From positions 576,001-640,000 of the forward strand of contig CAVSGM010000003.1 in NCBI GenBank assembly GCA_963727485.1: DNA of 64,000 bases. Direction: 5' to 3'. This DNA comes from an uncultured delta proteobacterium. GTDB taxonomy: Bacteria; Myxococcota; Myxococcia; SLRQ01. Position 1 is the first letter of the stretch. Every line of letters begins with the position of its first letter. The position numbers and the translations under genes were made by a program. The notes under the pieces were generated by a model. That model was not told the DNA's origin. It ran no database searches and was given only the letters and a program-made list of their open reading frames with translations. Below, piece by piece: positions 40,219 to 52,246 of this stretch.

Positions 40219-40996
40219 GTGAGCGCGCGCTACCTGCGATATCTCGACGAGGGGGCGGCCCGCTTCGGCCGCCTCGAGGACGACGGCCGGGTCACCGCCC
40301 TCACCGCGGCCCCCTGGCTCGGGGGCGAAGCCGACGGCCGGCCCCAGGCGGTGGCCGCGTCGGCCTGGCTCGCCCCGGTGACCCCCACCAAGGTGGTCTG
40401 CGTGGGCCGGAACTACGGCGCCCACGCCCGGGAGCTGGGCAACGAGGTCCCCACCGAGCCCCTCATCTTCCTCAAGCCCCCCAGCGGCGTCGTCGGGCCC
40501 GGCGCGGCCATCGAGATCCCCGACGGGGTCGGCGAGGTCCACCACGAGGCGGAGCTCGGCGTGGTCGTGGGCCGGCGGCTCCGGGGCGCGGGTGAGCGAG
40601 GCCGAGGCCCTGGCGGCGGTCTTCGGGCTCACCTGCGTCGACGACGTCACCGCCCGGACCCTCCAGCGCGCCGAGAAGCACTTCACCCGGGCCAAGGGCT
40701 TCGACACCTTCTGCCCGGTGGGGCCGGTGGTGGTCGAAGGCGCCGATCCCGCCGCCGACCGGGCGGTGCGCTGTACCGTCGACGGGGCGGTGCGCCAGGA
40801 CGGCCGCACCGGCGACATGATCTTCGGGGTGGCGGCGCTGCTCGCCTTCATCGCCTCGGTGATGACCCTGGAGCCTGGCGACCTGGTGTCCACGGGCACG
40901 CCCGAGGGGGTGGGGCCCATCGAGGTGGGGCAGACGGTCACCGTCGAGGTCGAGGGGGTGGGGACCCTGGTGTCCCCGGTGGTCCGCCGAAGGTGA
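40219..40996 (+). CDS. fumarylacetoacetate hydrolase family protein; frameshift near 40590
   Basis: [21 protein letters not shown], then [15 protein letters not shown] and TGTPEGVG in the next frame. Confidence 0.88.
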
Positions 40997-41403
40997 CCAC
41001 CGCCTACCTGGCCCTGGGGACGAACCTCGGTCCGCGCCGGGCGATCCTCGCGCGGGCGCTGGCGCTCCTCGAGGCGGACCCCCGGGTGACCGTGGCCGCG
41101 GTCTCGCCCTTCGAGGAGACGGCGCCCCTGGGTCCCACGCAGCCGCCGTTTCTCAACGCGGTGGCGCGCCTTCAGACGACGCTCCCGCCGGAGGTGCTCC
41201 TGGCCCTGTGCCACCGGGTGGAGCGGATCCTGGGGCGGGTGCGCAGCCGCCGGCGCTGGGGGCCGCGCACCCTCGACCTCGACCTCCTCGCCTACGACGA
41301 TCGGGTGATCCGCCGGGCCGGGCTCACGGTGCCGCACCCGGGGGTGACCCGGCCCTTCGTCGCCGGGCCGCTGGCCGCCCTGCGCCCGGAGGCGCGGCCG
41401 TGA
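40993..41403 (+). CDS. folK: 2-amino-4-hydroxy-6-hydroxymethyldihydropteridine pyrophosphokinase
   Basis: [37 protein letters not shown] overlap. Confidence 0.92.
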   Translation: MTTAYLALGTNLGPRRAILARALALLEADPRVTVAAVSPFEETAPLGPTQPPFLNAVARLQTTLPPEVLLALCHRVERILGRVRSRRRWGPRTLDLDLLAYDDRVIRRAGLTVPHPGVTRPFVAGPLAALRPEARP

Positions 41404-42320
41404 GCCAGCCGCTGGGCCGCCCGCTCCTGCGCACCTGGGTCGGCGTGGTGCTCATCAGCTTCAGCGGGGTCTTCGTGCGCCTCGCCCACACCGAGCCCGC
41501 CCGGGCGGCGCTCCTGCGCTGCGCCTACGCGCTGCCCTTCCTGGTGCCGCTCGCCCTCTGGGCCAACCACCGCGCGGGCCGCGGGTGGCGGCGGGCGATC
41601 TTCCCCCTGGCGCTGGTCGCCGGCGGGCTCCTCGGCGCCGATCTGCTCGTCTGGCACCGGTCCATCGGCATCATCGGGGTGGGGCTGGCCACGGTGCTCC
41701 CGAACCTCCAGGTGGTCATCGTCGGGGTGCTGGGGATCCTCCTGTTCCGGGAGCGGCCGAAGGTGACCTTCTGGCTGGCCCTCCCGGTGGTCCTCGGGGG
41801 CGTGTGGCTGCTCGCGGTCTTCGGCCGCCCGATCCGCGCCGGCGGGGTGGTGGTCGTGGGCGTGCTCCTGGGGGTGCTCACCGCCGGCTTCTACTCCGGG
41901 TACCTGGTGCTGCTGCGCGTGGCGCGCCTCCGGCGTCCCGAGCTCGGGGCCTTCGAGACCATGGCCGCCGCCACCCTCGGGGGCGCGATCGTCGCCGGGA
42001 CCTTCGCCGGGCTCGAGGGGGTGGCGGGGCCGGCGCCGACCCTCCAGGCGAACCTCTGGCTGCTCGCCCTGGCGGTGGGCTCCCAGGTCATCGGCTGGGT
42101 GCTCCTCTCGTCGTCGATCCACCGGCTGCCGGCGGCGCTGACCAGCGTGGCGCTGCTCCTCCAGCCGGTGCTCGCCATGATCTGGGGCGCGGTGATCTTC
42201 GCCGAGCCCCTGGGCGCGCCCCAGGTCGGGGGCGCGGTCCTCATCCTCGCCGGGGTGGCCCTGGCGCACCGGGCGGTGGTCCAGGGGACCCGGGCCCCTT
42301 CGCCGCCGGCCACCTCGTGA
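41400..42320 (+). CDS. DMT/EamA family transporter
   Basis: Ten TM segments with two EamA-like halves, LQPV, FAEPL. Confidence 0.88.
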   Translation: MSQPLGRPLLRTWVGVVLISFSGVFVRLAHTEPARAALLRCAYALPFLVPLALWANHRAGRGWRRAIFPLALVAGGLLGADLLVWHRSIGIIGVGLATVLPNLQVVIVGVLGILLFRERPKVTFWLALPVVLGGVWLLAVFGRPIRAGGVVVVGVLLGVLTAGFYSGYLVLLRVARLRRPELGAFETMAAATLGGAIVAGTFAGLEGVAGPAPTLQANLWLLALAVGSQVIGWVLLSSSIHRLPAALTSVALLLQPVLAMIWGAVIFAEPLGAPQVGGAVLILAGVALAHRAVVQGTRAPSPPATS

Positions 42321-42334
42321 TATAGGGGGCCCCG

Positions 42335-43594
42335 ATGTCCCGCCGAGCCGCTTCCGTCCTCCTGGTCCTCCTCCTCGCCGCCGCCGGCTGCGACGCCCCC
42401 AAGGTGATCTCCCGGCAGGCGCCCAAGGACGACAACCTCATCGACACCGGCGCCGCGCCGCAGGTGCCCTCGGGCAACGCCGACCTCCTCCAGAAGGTCG
42501 ACGCCATGAAGGCCCGGCTGGCCAAGATGCACAAGCCGGTGGCGATCCTCCTGGCGCTGGGGAACCTCTACTACGACAACGACCGGTGGCCCGACGCCAT
42601 CGACGCCTACCGCCAGGCCATCGAGAAGGCCGAGCCGGCGATCAAGGCGCGGGAGGCCCTGGTGGCCCGGAAGGTGCGGCCGGCGAAGACCCCGCCGGAC
42701 GCCTGCACCGGCCGGGACGACGGCGACTTCACCAAGGGCGTGGCCGAGGCCGAGGCCCTGGCGAAGCGCGGACGCCGCGGCGAGGCGCTCGCCTGCTACG
42801 ACGCGACCCTCAATCCCATCGCCACCGCGCTCGCCCGGCGCGGGGCGGCGTGGTCCATGCTCGACCGGGAGTCCGCCGCCCAGGCCGATCTCGACCAGGC
42901 GCTCAAGCTCCAGCCCCGGCGCCCGGAGATCCTCTACCTCCTGGGGGCGGTGATCTTCCAGAACCTGGGGGCCCAGCCCGACCCGGCGCAGGTGAAGGCC
43001 GGGCAGAAGGCGTGGGAGCAGTTCCTGAAGGTGGCGCCCAGCAACCCCCGGGCGCCCCAGGTGCGCCAGGCCCTGGCACAGGTCAAGCAGATGCTCGCCC
43101 AGCAGTCCGGGGCGGCGCAGCCGGCGGCCGCGGCCCCGGCGGCCGGCGGTGCGCCCGCAGGTGGCGGTGCGCCCATGGCCGGTGGCGGGGCCCCGCCCAT
43201 GGCGGGCGGCGGCGCACCCATGGCGGGCGGCGGGGGCGGCGGGATGCCCCCGGTCCTCGCCATGGCCGAGCAGCAGCTCGACAGCGGCAACGCCCAGGCG
43301 GCGCTGGGCATCTGCAACCAGTTCCTCCAGGTGGCCACCGGCTTCCCGGCGGCCCTGGTGATGAAGGCCCGGGCGCTGATGGCGCTGGGCCGCGGCACCG
43401 AGGCGGGCCCGCTCCTCGACCAGGCGCTGCAGAAGGACCAGAGCGGCCGGACGCTGGCGGCCATGGCCGAGTACCAGGCCACGGTGAACAAGGACGTGGC
43501 CAAGGCCCGTGCCGACTACCAGAAGGCCATCGCCGCCGACCCGGCCTACGCCAAGCAGGCGGGGCTGAAGAAGAAGCTCGCGGCGCTGAAGTAG
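42335..43594 (+). CDS. TPR-repeat lipoprotein
   Basis: LLLAAAGC lipobox, LGNLYYD..AIDAYRQA TPRs, GGAPMAG low-complexity linker. Confidence 0.8.
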   Translation: MSRRAASVLLVLLLAAAGCDAPKVISRQAPKDDNLIDTGAAPQVPSGNADLLQKVDAMKARLAKMHKPVAILLALGNLYYDNDRWPDAIDAYRQAIEKAEPAIKAREALVARKVRPAKTPPDACTGRDDGDFTKGVAEAEALAKRGRRGEALACYDATLNPIATALARRGAAWSMLDRESAAQADLDQALKLQPRRPEILYLLGAVIFQNLGAQPDPAQVKAGQKAWEQFLKVAPSNPRAPQVRQALAQVKQMLAQQSGAAQPAAAAPAAGGAPAGGGAPMAGGGAPPMAGGGAPMAGGGGGGMPPVLAMAEQQLDSGNAQAALGICNQFLQVATGFPAALVMKARALMALGRGTEAGPLLDQALQKDQSGRTLAAMAEYQATVNKDVAKARADYQKAIAADPAYAKQAGLKKKLAALK

Positions 43595-43602
43595 GCCCCG
43601 GC

Positions 43603-44607
43603 CTAGAGCACCTTGGCCGCGAGCAGGTCCTGGACGTCCAGGAGCCCCACCAGCTTGCCCCGGGCGTCGACCACCGGGAGCTGGTCGATCTTCGCCTCGC
43701 CGAGGAGCTCGGCGGCCTCGGACACCAGGTCGTCCGGCGACACGGTCCGCGGCCGGTGGCCCATGACCTCGGCCACGGGCTGGTCGAAGTCCGGGGTGCC
43801 GTGCTCCACCAGCCGGCGCAGGTCGCCGTCGGTGAAGATGCCCACGAGCTTGCCATGGCCGTCGACGACGCTGGTGGCGCCGGGGCGGCCCGGGGTCCGG
43901 GTCATCACCGCCACCGCCTCGCGCACCGGGGCGTCCCGGCGGACCACCGGGGAGGCGTCGCCCACGCGCATCACCTCCGAGACCTTCATCAGCTTGCGGC
44001 CCAGCGACCCGCCGGGGTGGAGCCGGGCGTAGGCCTCGGGGGTGAAGTCGCGGGCCTTGCTCACCGCCATGGCCACCGCGTCGCCGAGGGCGAGCAACGC
44101 GATGGACGAGGCGGTGGGCGCGAGCCCCATGGGGCAGGCCTCCGCGACCGGGCCGATGGAGAGGACCTCGTCGGCGAGGGTCGCCAGGGTCGAGGCCGGG
44201 GCGCCGGTCAGCGCCACCACCGAGGCGCCGAAGGTCTTCACCGCCTCGACCAGGCGGACCACCTCGTCGGTCTCGCCCGAGTGGGAGAGCGCCAGGACCA
44301 GGTCCTCGGCCAGCACCCGGCCGAGGTCGCCGTGGAGGGCCTCGGCGGGGTGGAGGTAGAGGGACGGGGTGCCGGTGGAGGCGAGGGTGGCCGAGAGCTT
44401 CTGGGCCACGAACCCGGGCTTCCCGAGGCCCGTGACCACCACCCGGCCCCGGCAGTCGAGGAGGCGCGCCACCGTGCGGGAGAAGGCGCCGTCGAGGTGG
44501 GCGGCGATCCCGGCGACCGCGGCGGCCTCGGCCTCGAGGACCGTGCGGGCGTAGTCCAGGTGGGGATCGGCCGGCGGTTGGCGCCGGGGTTTCTTGGCGG
44601 TGGCCAC
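43603..44607 (-). CDS. kdsD: arabinose-5-phosphate isomerase (KpsF/GutQ, SIS + 2 CBS)
   Basis: TGLGKPG, STGTP, EALHGDLG, SHSGET, APTAS, HPGGSLG, CBS pair; GGAGGG RBS. Confidence 0.92.
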   Translation of the reverse strand: MATAKKPRRQPPADPHLDYARTVLEAEAAAVAGIAAHLDGAFSRTVARLLDCRGRVVVTGLGKPGFVAQKLSATLASTGTPSLYLHPAEALHGDLGRVLAEDLVLALSHSGETDEVVRLVEAVKTFGASVVALTGAPASTLATLADEVLSIGPVAEACPMGLAPTASSIALLALGDAVAMAVSKARDFTPEAYARLHPGGSLGRKLMKVSEVMRVGDASPVVRRDAPVREAVAVMTRTPGRPGATSVVDGHGKLVGIFTDGDLRRLVEHGTPDFDQPVAEVMGHRPRTVSPDDLVSEAAELLGEAKIDQLPVVDARGKLVGLLDVQDLLAAKVL

Positions 44608-44731
44608 GGCCCCTCCATACCACCAAACCCCCTGGATCCCCACGGCGTGCGGGCCCCCGGATTGACCCCGGGCCCCCGGGCCCGCTACATGAGCGGGGCC
44701 CCGCCAACCCCCGCTGCAGGAGACACGACCC

Positions 44732-45380
44732 ATGAAGCTGTTCATCGACACCGCCGACGTCGAGGAGATCCGCTCGGCCAACGACATGGGCCTCCTCGAC
44801 GGAGTGACCACCAACCCCACCCTCATCGCCCGGACCGGCCGGCCCTTCGAGGAGGTCATCCAGGAGATCTGCGGCATCGTCAACGGCCCGGTCTCCGCCG
44901 AGTGCCTCTCCACCGAGGCGGACGCCATGATCGCCGAGGGCCGCAAGGTCGCGAAGCTCGCCGACAACGTGGTGGTGAAGATCCCGCTGACCATGGACGG
45001 CCTCAAGGCCACCAAGGCCCTGTCCACCGATGGCATCAAGGTCAACGTGACCCTGTGCTTCCACCCGGTGCAGGCGCTCATGGCCGCCAAGGCCGGCGCC
45101 ACGTTCATCTCGCCCTTCGTGGGCCGCCTCGACGACATCGCCACCGACGGGATGGCCATGGTCGCCGACATCGTGAGCATCTACGACAACTACCTCTTCG
45201 ACACCGAGGTCCTCGTCGCCAGCGTCCGCCACCCCATGCACGTCCTCGACGCGGCGCGGATGGGCGCCCACGTGGCCACGGTGCCCTACAAGGTGATCTG
45301 CGCAGCTGGTGAAGCACCCGCTCACCGACATCGGCCTCGAGCGCTTCCTCGCCGACGCACGGAAGGCCCAGGGCAAGTAG
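44732..45380 (+). CDS. tal: transaldolase / fructose-6-phosphate aldolase family; frameshift near 45298
   Basis: [39 protein letters not shown]; the tail [18 protein letters not shown] continues in another frame to TAG 45380. Confidence 0.92.
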
Positions 45381-45384
45381 GGCG

Positions 45385-46811
45385 TCAGGGCGTCTTGGCC
45401 TCGGGACCGCCCTCGCCGGCGGGCCCGAGGACCGCGAAGTAGTAGAGCTCGAAGAGCGGGTCGTCGCTCGGCCGGTAGTGGTTGGACCGGGCCACCGTCT
45501 CCACCGCCAGGCCGTGGCCCGCGAAGAGGGCCCCGGGGTCCCCGTGGCCGAAGACGAAGGGCTCGCCCATCTTCGCCATGCCCTCCACGAAGGACCGCGC
45601 CGCCTCGGGGGCGTCCCGGCCCACGACCTCGGGGGTGACGAGGTCGAGCCACAGGCGGCTCGCGGGGTGCCGGCGGACCAGGCGGGCGAGGCGCCCGAAG
45701 ATGTCGTGGGCCCGCGGCGCCTCGAAGTACATGGAGCACCCCTCGTAGACCACGAAGACCGGGGCGGCGGGGTCGAAGCCCCCGGTGCCCGCGAGGACCT
45801 CGGCGGGATCGTCGAAGTCGAGGTTCAGGGGCACCGCCATCCGGTCGCAGGCCGGCAGCGCGTGGCCCGCCAGGACCCGGGCGCGCTCCTCGAGCATCTC
45901 CGGGAGGTCGAGCTCGAACCACCTCACCCCGGCGCGGTCGGCGAAGCGGAACGGCCGGAAGTCGAGGCCCGCACCGACCAGCACCACCTGGGTGACGCCG
46001 GCGTCGAGGGCCGCGGCCAGCGACGCGTCGGCGTGGGCGGTGCGCGCCTCGACCATGGGGGCCAGGGGCGGGAGCACCTCCAGGAAGCGGTCGCCGAGGA
46101 GCTCGCCGTGGCGCCCGGCGGCGGCCCGGGACCAGGGGTCGTCGTAGAGGCGGTCCGGCCGCCCGGCCTCGCGCCCCCGCACGTGGGCGATGAGCCGCGC
46201 CGAGCTCTTGAGGAGGTGGCGGTACATGGTGCTCCCGCGCTTCTCCGGGGCGCTCGGGCGCAGGCTCGCCGCGTGCTTGAAGTAGTAGGTGAGCCGCCCG
46301 ACGGCGACCGGGGTGCCCGACCTATCCCCTGGAAGCGCACCTCCAGGGGGACGAGCTGGGTCTCGCCGGCCCAGAACCGGTCGCGGATCCCGGCGCGCGC
46401 CTCCTCGGGGACCACGCACACCGCCTCCAGGTCCTCGCAGCTCGGCTCCAGGTACTTGAGCTCCGCGCTCACCAGCCACAGGAGGATCGCCTCTGTGCCG
46501 AAGACCGGGTGGATGCCCACCACCGGCACCCCGCGCACCAGGCTCGCCAGCGCGCTGCCCCCGATGTAGTCCCCGAGCATCCCCACCAGGAGGGCCTGGT
46601 GGGTGCCGTGCTGGTTGGTGTTCTCCCGGGTGAGGGGGAGCACGCCCCGGCAGCCCCCGTCGGTGACCTCGGTGAGGTGGATGCCCGAGCGGGCCACCGC
46701 GGGGATGGCCTCGGCGAGGAGCTCGGAGACCAGCTCCGGGGCCATGCGCTGGGCGAGGTCGTCGGCGAAGGGCAGGGCCTCGGAGGCGGCGCGCCCGGTA
46801 TCGTGTCCCAT
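45385..46811 (-). CDS. hotdog-fold (YiiD/PaaI-like) domain + leucine-carboxyl-type SAM methyltransferase, probable fusion with frameshift near 46330
   Basis: [10 protein letters not shown] and LKYLEP in the first frame; [25 protein letters not shown] and YEGCSMYF in the second. Confidence 0.7.
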
Positions 46812-46955
46812 GTGGGTCCCCCTGGTGATCGTGGCGTGGGTGCCCGGGTGCACCGGGTCCAGGGGAGCGTGCCAGGGGCCCCGGGCGCCGGCAATCCCCG
46901 GCCCTGGGTGCGGGTCGGCCCCGATCCCCTTGACAGAAATCGCCCGGGGCGCGAC

Positions 46956-46973
46956 TGAATGGGCGCTCATTCG
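46956..46973. promoter_or_regulatory. palindromic TetR/FadR-type operator
   Basis: TGAATGGGCGCTCATTCG resembles the B. subtilis FadR(YsiA) box TGAATGANTANTCATTCA; perfect TTGACA at 46930-46935. Confidence 0.65.
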
Positions 46974-46975
46974 TT

Positions 46976-47695
46976 ATGGCCCACCGCGTCACAACGCCCC
47001 TCGAGGGCCCCCGGGACGACGCCGACGCGTCGCCGGCGCGCACCGACGCCCCGGTCGCCGCCCCCGCCCCCGAGCCCGCCGCCGATCGCCGCAAGGGCGA
47101 CAAGGGCCGGCGCATCCTCGACGCCGCCATCGACGTCTTCGCCGAGAAGGGCTTCTTCAACGCCACCGTGGCCGAGGTCGCCCGCCGCGCCGGCGTCGCC
47201 GACGGCACCATCTACCTCTACTACAAGGGCAAGGACGATCTCCTCATCCGCCTCTTCGAGGAGATCATGGCCAACATCAACGGCACCTTGCGCCGGGCCA
47301 TCGCCGGCACCGAGGGCGCCGCCGATCGCCTCCGGGCCGTGGCCGCCGCCCAGGCCGAGCTGGTCATCGAGACCCCGGCCATCGCCGAGGTCATCTGCGT
47401 CGAGCTCCGCCAGTCGTCGAAGTTCGTGAAGGAGTACGACAACCCCGGGTTCCGCGAGTACCTGGGGATCCTCGCCGAGGTCATCGCCGAGGGGCAGGCG
47501 GCGGGCGAGCTCGCCGACGGGCCCGCGGCCCAGGTCGCCGCCCGGTCGTTCTTCGGCGCCCTCGACGAGCTTCACCTCTCCTGGTGCCTAGCCAGGAAAC
47601 ACCATTTTGACCTGAGGCAGGCCTCCCGGGAGATCACCGAGATCTTCGTCCGGGGCCTGCTCACGAACCCCCCACCGCAGAGGAGCACCGAATGA
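46976..47695 (+). CDS. TetR/AcrR family regulator, FadR(YsiA)-like
   Basis: [36 protein letters not shown]. Confidence 0.92.
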   Translation: MAHRVTTPLEGPRDDADASPARTDAPVAAPAPEPAADRRKGDKGRRILDAAIDVFAEKGFFNATVAEVARRAGVADGTIYLYYKGKDDLLIRLFEEIMANINGTLRRAIAGTEGAADRLRAVAAAQAELVIETPAIAEVICVELRQSSKFVKEYDNPGFREYLGILAEVIAEGQAAGELADGPAAQVAARSFFGALDELHLSWCLARKHHFDLRQASREITEIFVRGLLTNPPPQRSTE

Positions 47696-48846
47696 TCGAC
47701 TTCGAGATCACCGAGGAGCAGAAGGCGCTGCAGGACACCGCGCGCCGCTTCGCCCAGAACGAGATCATCCCCGTCGCCGCCGCCCACGACGAGTCCGGCG
47801 AGTTCCCGGTGGAGGTCTACAAGAAGGCCCACGAGGTGGGCCTGATGAACCTGTGCATCCCCGAGGCCAACGGGGGCCTCGGCGCCAGCTTCCTCGACAC
47901 CTACCTGGTGGTCGAGGAGATCGCCTACGGCTGCGTGGGCATGGGCACCTCGATGATGGCCAACGAGCTGGCCCTGATGCCCATCGTCCTCGACGGCACC
48001 GAGGAGCAGAAGAAGCGCTTCCTCGAGCCGATGACCGAGCGCCTGAAGTTCGCCGCCTTCGGGCTCTCCGAGCCCAACGCCGGCTCCGACGTCGCCGGGC
48101 TCCAGACCACCGTGAAGCGCGAGGGCGACTACTACATCGTCAACGGCGCCAAGCAGTGGATCACCAACGCCGGCCACGCCGAGCTGTTCACCGTGTTCAC
48201 CACCCTGGAGCGGGGCAAGACCCACAAGGCCGGCGTGGCCCTGGTCATCGAGGCCCCGGACGGCAAGCTCCCCGAGGGCATGACCGTCCTCAAGAAGGAG
48301 AACAAGATGGGCCAGCGGGCCAGCGACACCCGCGCCATCACCTTCGACAACGTGAAGGTCCCGGTGCAAAACCGCCTCGGCGAGGAGGGCCAGGGCTTCA
48401 TGGTCGCCATGCGCACCCTGGACCACACCCGGCCCATGATCAGCGCCAGCGCCGTGGGCGTGAGCCGCCGGGCCCTCGACGAGTCGGTGGCCTACGCCAA
48501 GGACAGAAAGCAGTTCGGCCAGCCCATCGCCAACTTCCAGGGCATCCAGTTCATGCTCGCCGACATGGCCAAGGCCACCCACGCCTCGCGGCTGCTGGGC
48601 TACCAGTCGGCCTGGGCCCTCGACAAGAAGAAGCCCTCGCCGCTGGTCAGCTCGTTCGCCAAGTGCTTCGGCGCCGACACCGCCATGGAGGTCACCACCA
48701 ACGCGGTGCAGATCTTCGGCGGCTACGGCTACACCAAGGACTACCCGGTGGAGAAGCTGATGCGCGACGCCAAGCTCCTGCAGATCTACGAAGGCACCAA
48801 CCAGATCCAGCGGGTGGTCATCGCCCGCGAGCTGCTCCGCGACTGA
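47692..48846 (+). CDS. acyl-CoA dehydrogenase
   Basis: [49 protein letters not shown]. Confidence 0.95.
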   Translation: MIDFEITEEQKALQDTARRFAQNEIIPVAAAHDESGEFPVEVYKKAHEVGLMNLCIPEANGGLGASFLDTYLVVEEIAYGCVGMGTSMMANELALMPIVLDGTEEQKKRFLEPMTERLKFAAFGLSEPNAGSDVAGLQTTVKREGDYYIVNGAKQWITNAGHAELFTVFTTLERGKTHKAGVALVIEAPDGKLPEGMTVLKKENKMGQRASDTRAITFDNVKVPVQNRLGEEGQGFMVAMRTLDHTRPMISASAVGVSRRALDESVAYAKDRKQFGQPIANFQGIQFMLADMAKATHASRLLGYQSAWALDKKKPSPLVSSFAKCFGADTAMEVTTNAVQIFGGYGYTKDYPVEKLMRDAKLLQIYEGTNQIQRVVIARELLRD

Positions 48847-48888
48847 CGCGGACGGCATTTCCCCAACTGCAACGAAAGGTAGACGGTC

Positions 48889-49680
48889 GTGAAGATCCTG
48901 GTGACCGTGAAGCGGGTCGAAGACCCGGAGTCCAAGATCAAGGTGAAGCCCGACGGCTCGGGCATCGTCACCGAGGGCGTCAACTACAAGGTGAACCCCT
49001 TCGACGAGATTGCCGTCGAGGAGGCCCTGCGGCTGCGCGACGCGCACCAGGGCGAGGTGATCGTGGTGTCCGTGGGCACCGACGCCTCGACCACCGAGAT
49101 CCGCTCGGCGCTCGCGATGGGCGCCGACCGCGGGGTGCTGGTGAAGACCGAGGGCATGGTCGACTCCGACGCCGCCGCCCGGCTCATCGTCAAGGTCATC
49201 GAGTCCGAGAGCCCGGACCTGGTGATCATGGGCAAGCAGGCCGTCGACGACGACCAGGGCCAGGCGGGCCAGCTCGTCGCCGAGTACCTCGGCTGGGGCC
49301 AGGCCACCCAGGCCTCCAAGCGCGCCAGCCTCGAGTCCGACGACGAGAAGGGCAAGGTCCCGGCGCTGGTCTTCGAGGACGGCAAGCTCACCGTGACCCG
49401 TGAGGTCGACGGCGGCCTCGAGGACCTCAAGGTCACCCTCCCCGGGCTGGTCACCGCCGACCTGCGCCTCAACCTCCCCCGCTACGCCTCCCTGCCCGGG
49501 ATCATGAAGGCGAAGAAGAAGGAGGTGAAGGAGGTCACCCCCGCGGACCTCGGCGTCGACGTGGCCCCCAAGGTCAAGGTCGTCACCATGAAGCCGCCTC
49601 CGGTGCGCCAGGGCGGTGAGATCGTCCCCGACGTCCAGACCCTCGTCACCAAGCTTCGGACCGAGGCCAAGGTCCTCTAG
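48889..49680 (+). CDS. etfB: electron transfer flavoprotein beta subunit
   Basis: [50 protein letters not shown]. Confidence 0.96.
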   Translation: MKILVTVKRVEDPESKIKVKPDGSGIVTEGVNYKVNPFDEIAVEEALRLRDAHQGEVIVVSVGTDASTTEIRSALAMGADRGVLVKTEGMVDSDAAARLIVKVIESESPDLVIMGKQAVDDDQGQAGQLVAEYLGWGQATQASKRASLESDDEKGKVPALVFEDGKLTVTREVDGGLEDLKVTLPGLVTADLRLNLPRYASLPGIMKAKKKEVKEVTPADLGVDVAPKVKVVTMKPPPVRQGGEIVPDVQTLVTKLRTEAKVL

Positions 49681-49689
49681 GAGATCGTC

Positions 49690-50649
<960 letters not shown>

Positions 50650-50655
50650 CCGGAG

Positions 50656-51753
50656 ATGAACGCGTCACCGCTCGAGGTGAACGCCGGGGGCAAGACGAGC
50701 CCCGAGGAGGCCCAGGCGCAGATGCGGCGTCTGGGCCTTCGGCGCATCGTGGTGCCCATCCCCTTCGAGGAGGAGGGGCCGGTCAACGTCTTCGTCCTGG
50801 AGAACGGGCCGGAGCTCGGCGGGGTCACCCTCTTCGACACCGGGGTGCTCACCCCCGAGGGCCAGGCGGCCCTGGACGGAGGGCTCACCGCGCTGGGGCT
50901 CGAGGCCCGGGACGTGCGCCGGGTGGTGGTCTCCCACGGCCACCTGGATCACCTGGGCAATGCCCACCGCTTCCCCGAGGCGACCCTCCACGTCCACCCC
51001 GGGGACCGGGCGAAGCTCGTCCCCGATCCGGCGGCGGTCGCCGGGCTCGATCGGCGGTGGCGGGGCCTCTACCGGGCGCTGGGGCTCTCGGACGGTGCCA
51101 TCGACGGGCTGGAGCGCCGGCGCCGGTGGCTTGAGACCATGCAGGTGGCGCCCCCGGCCGACCGGGTGCGGGACCTCGCCGACGGCGAGCGCCTCGCCTT
51201 CGCCCAGGTTGAGGCCGAGGTCCTCCACGTCCCCGGTCACACCCCGGGCCTCTGCGTGCTCTGGTTCGCCGACGCCGGGGTGATGCTCACCGCCGATCAC
51301 CTCCTTCAGCACACCTCGCCCAACCCGGTGATGGAGCCGGGCCCCGGGGGACCCGGCGCCCTCGGTGGCAAGGACCGGTCGCTGGTGCGCTACCTCGAGA
51401 GCCTCGCCCGGGTCCGGGCCCTGCCCATCCGGTGGGTGGCCCCGGGGCACGGGCCGCTCTTCGAGGGCGCCGACGCCCTCATCGACCGGCTGCTGGGCTT
51501 CTACGACCGGCGCCAGGATCGGCTGGTGGACTTCCTCCGGGCCCACCCCGGGGCGAGCACCCGGGAGGTCGCCGCCGAGGTCTTCGCCCGGGCCTACGAC
51601 AAGGCCCTGTTCCTGGTGCTCTCGGAGGTGCTGGGGAACCTCGAGGTCCTCGCCGGCCTGGGGCGCATCCGGGGGGCGCTGGACGACGCCGACGTGCTGA
51701 AGATGGTGGGCCGACGTCGGGGCGCCGGGATAGGGAAAGACCCGGAGCCTTGA
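50656..51753 (+). CDS. MBL-fold metallo-hydrolase
   Basis: [27 protein letters not shown]. Confidence 0.9.
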   Translation: MNASPLEVNAGGKTSPEEAQAQMRRLGLRRIVVPIPFEEEGPVNVFVLENGPELGGVTLFDTGVLTPEGQAALDGGLTALGLEARDVRRVVVSHGHLDHLGNAHRFPEATLHVHPGDRAKLVPDPAAVAGLDRRWRGLYRALGLSDGAIDGLERRRRWLETMQVAPPADRVRDLADGERLAFAQVEAEVLHVPGHTPGLCVLWFADAGVMLTADHLLQHTSPNPVMEPGPGGPGALGGKDRSLVRYLESLARVRALPIRWVAPGHGPLFEGADALIDRLLGFYDRRQDRLVDFLRAHPGASTREVAAEVFARAYDKALFLVLSEVLGNLEVLAGLGRIRGALDDADVLKMVGRRRGAGIGKDPEP

Positions 51754-51778
51754 CGGCCCCCGCCGGCCGCGGTCCAAT
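51750..51778 (+). promoter_or_regulatory. sigma70-type promoter upstream of the pqqD-like gene
   Basis: TTGACG-17 nt-TCCAAT. Confidence 0.4.
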
Positions 51779-51804
51779 CGGCGAAGACCTGGGAATTCCT
51801 GTCG

Positions 51805-52104
51805 ATGCGCGACCTCCTGAAGCTCTATCCCCGCCACCACCCCGAGTCCGCCGGCCGTGTCCTCGACGGCGAGGCGGTGGTGGTGACCCCGGCGGACAGC
51901 CGGATGCACACCCTCAACGAGGTGGGCACCTTCCTCTGGGATTGGGCGGACGGGGCGCGGAGCGTGGCCGAGCTCGCCGAGGCGGTGGAGACCCGGTTCG
52001 AGGTCGACGCCCAGACGGCCCGGAGCGACACCGCGCAGTTCGTCGCCGACCTGGAGGCCCTGGGCATCCTGGTCCTCGACGAGGCGCCGGGGAGCCCGGG
52101 GTGA
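51805..52104 (+). CDS. PqqD family peptide-modification chaperone (stand-alone RiPP recognition element)
   Basis: GRVLDGEAVVV....MHTLNEVGTFLW..DG.RSV.E.......F.VD...A..D...F...L...GIL. Confidence 0.9.
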   Translation: MRDLLKLYPRHHPESAGRVLDGEAVVVTPADSRMHTLNEVGTFLWDWADGARSVAELAEAVETRFEVDAQTARSDTAQFVADLEALGILVLDEAPGSPG

Positions 52105-52246
52105 CGGGGCTCACGGTGGCCGAACGCCCGGGATGGTTGTCTGGTAGGCTGAACGCGGGGCCGGCGCCTGGGCTCGGAGGCGCACGGCTCGACCCGAGAC
52201 GGCGGACGGTTGGGGTGTCCAAGGCCGCTGGATGCACGGAGGGGCG

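Noticed and set aside
40219..41403. Apparent FAH-FolK fusion ORF
   Set aside because: Caused by the frameshift near 40590; FAH finishes in another frame at TGA 40996, overlapping the folK GTG.
43130..43245. Short tandem DNA repeats (also 17790-17870 and 13745-13820)
   Set aside because: They encode low-complexity Gly/Ala/Pro/Ser linkers and lack repeat-spacer structure, so they are not CRISPR.
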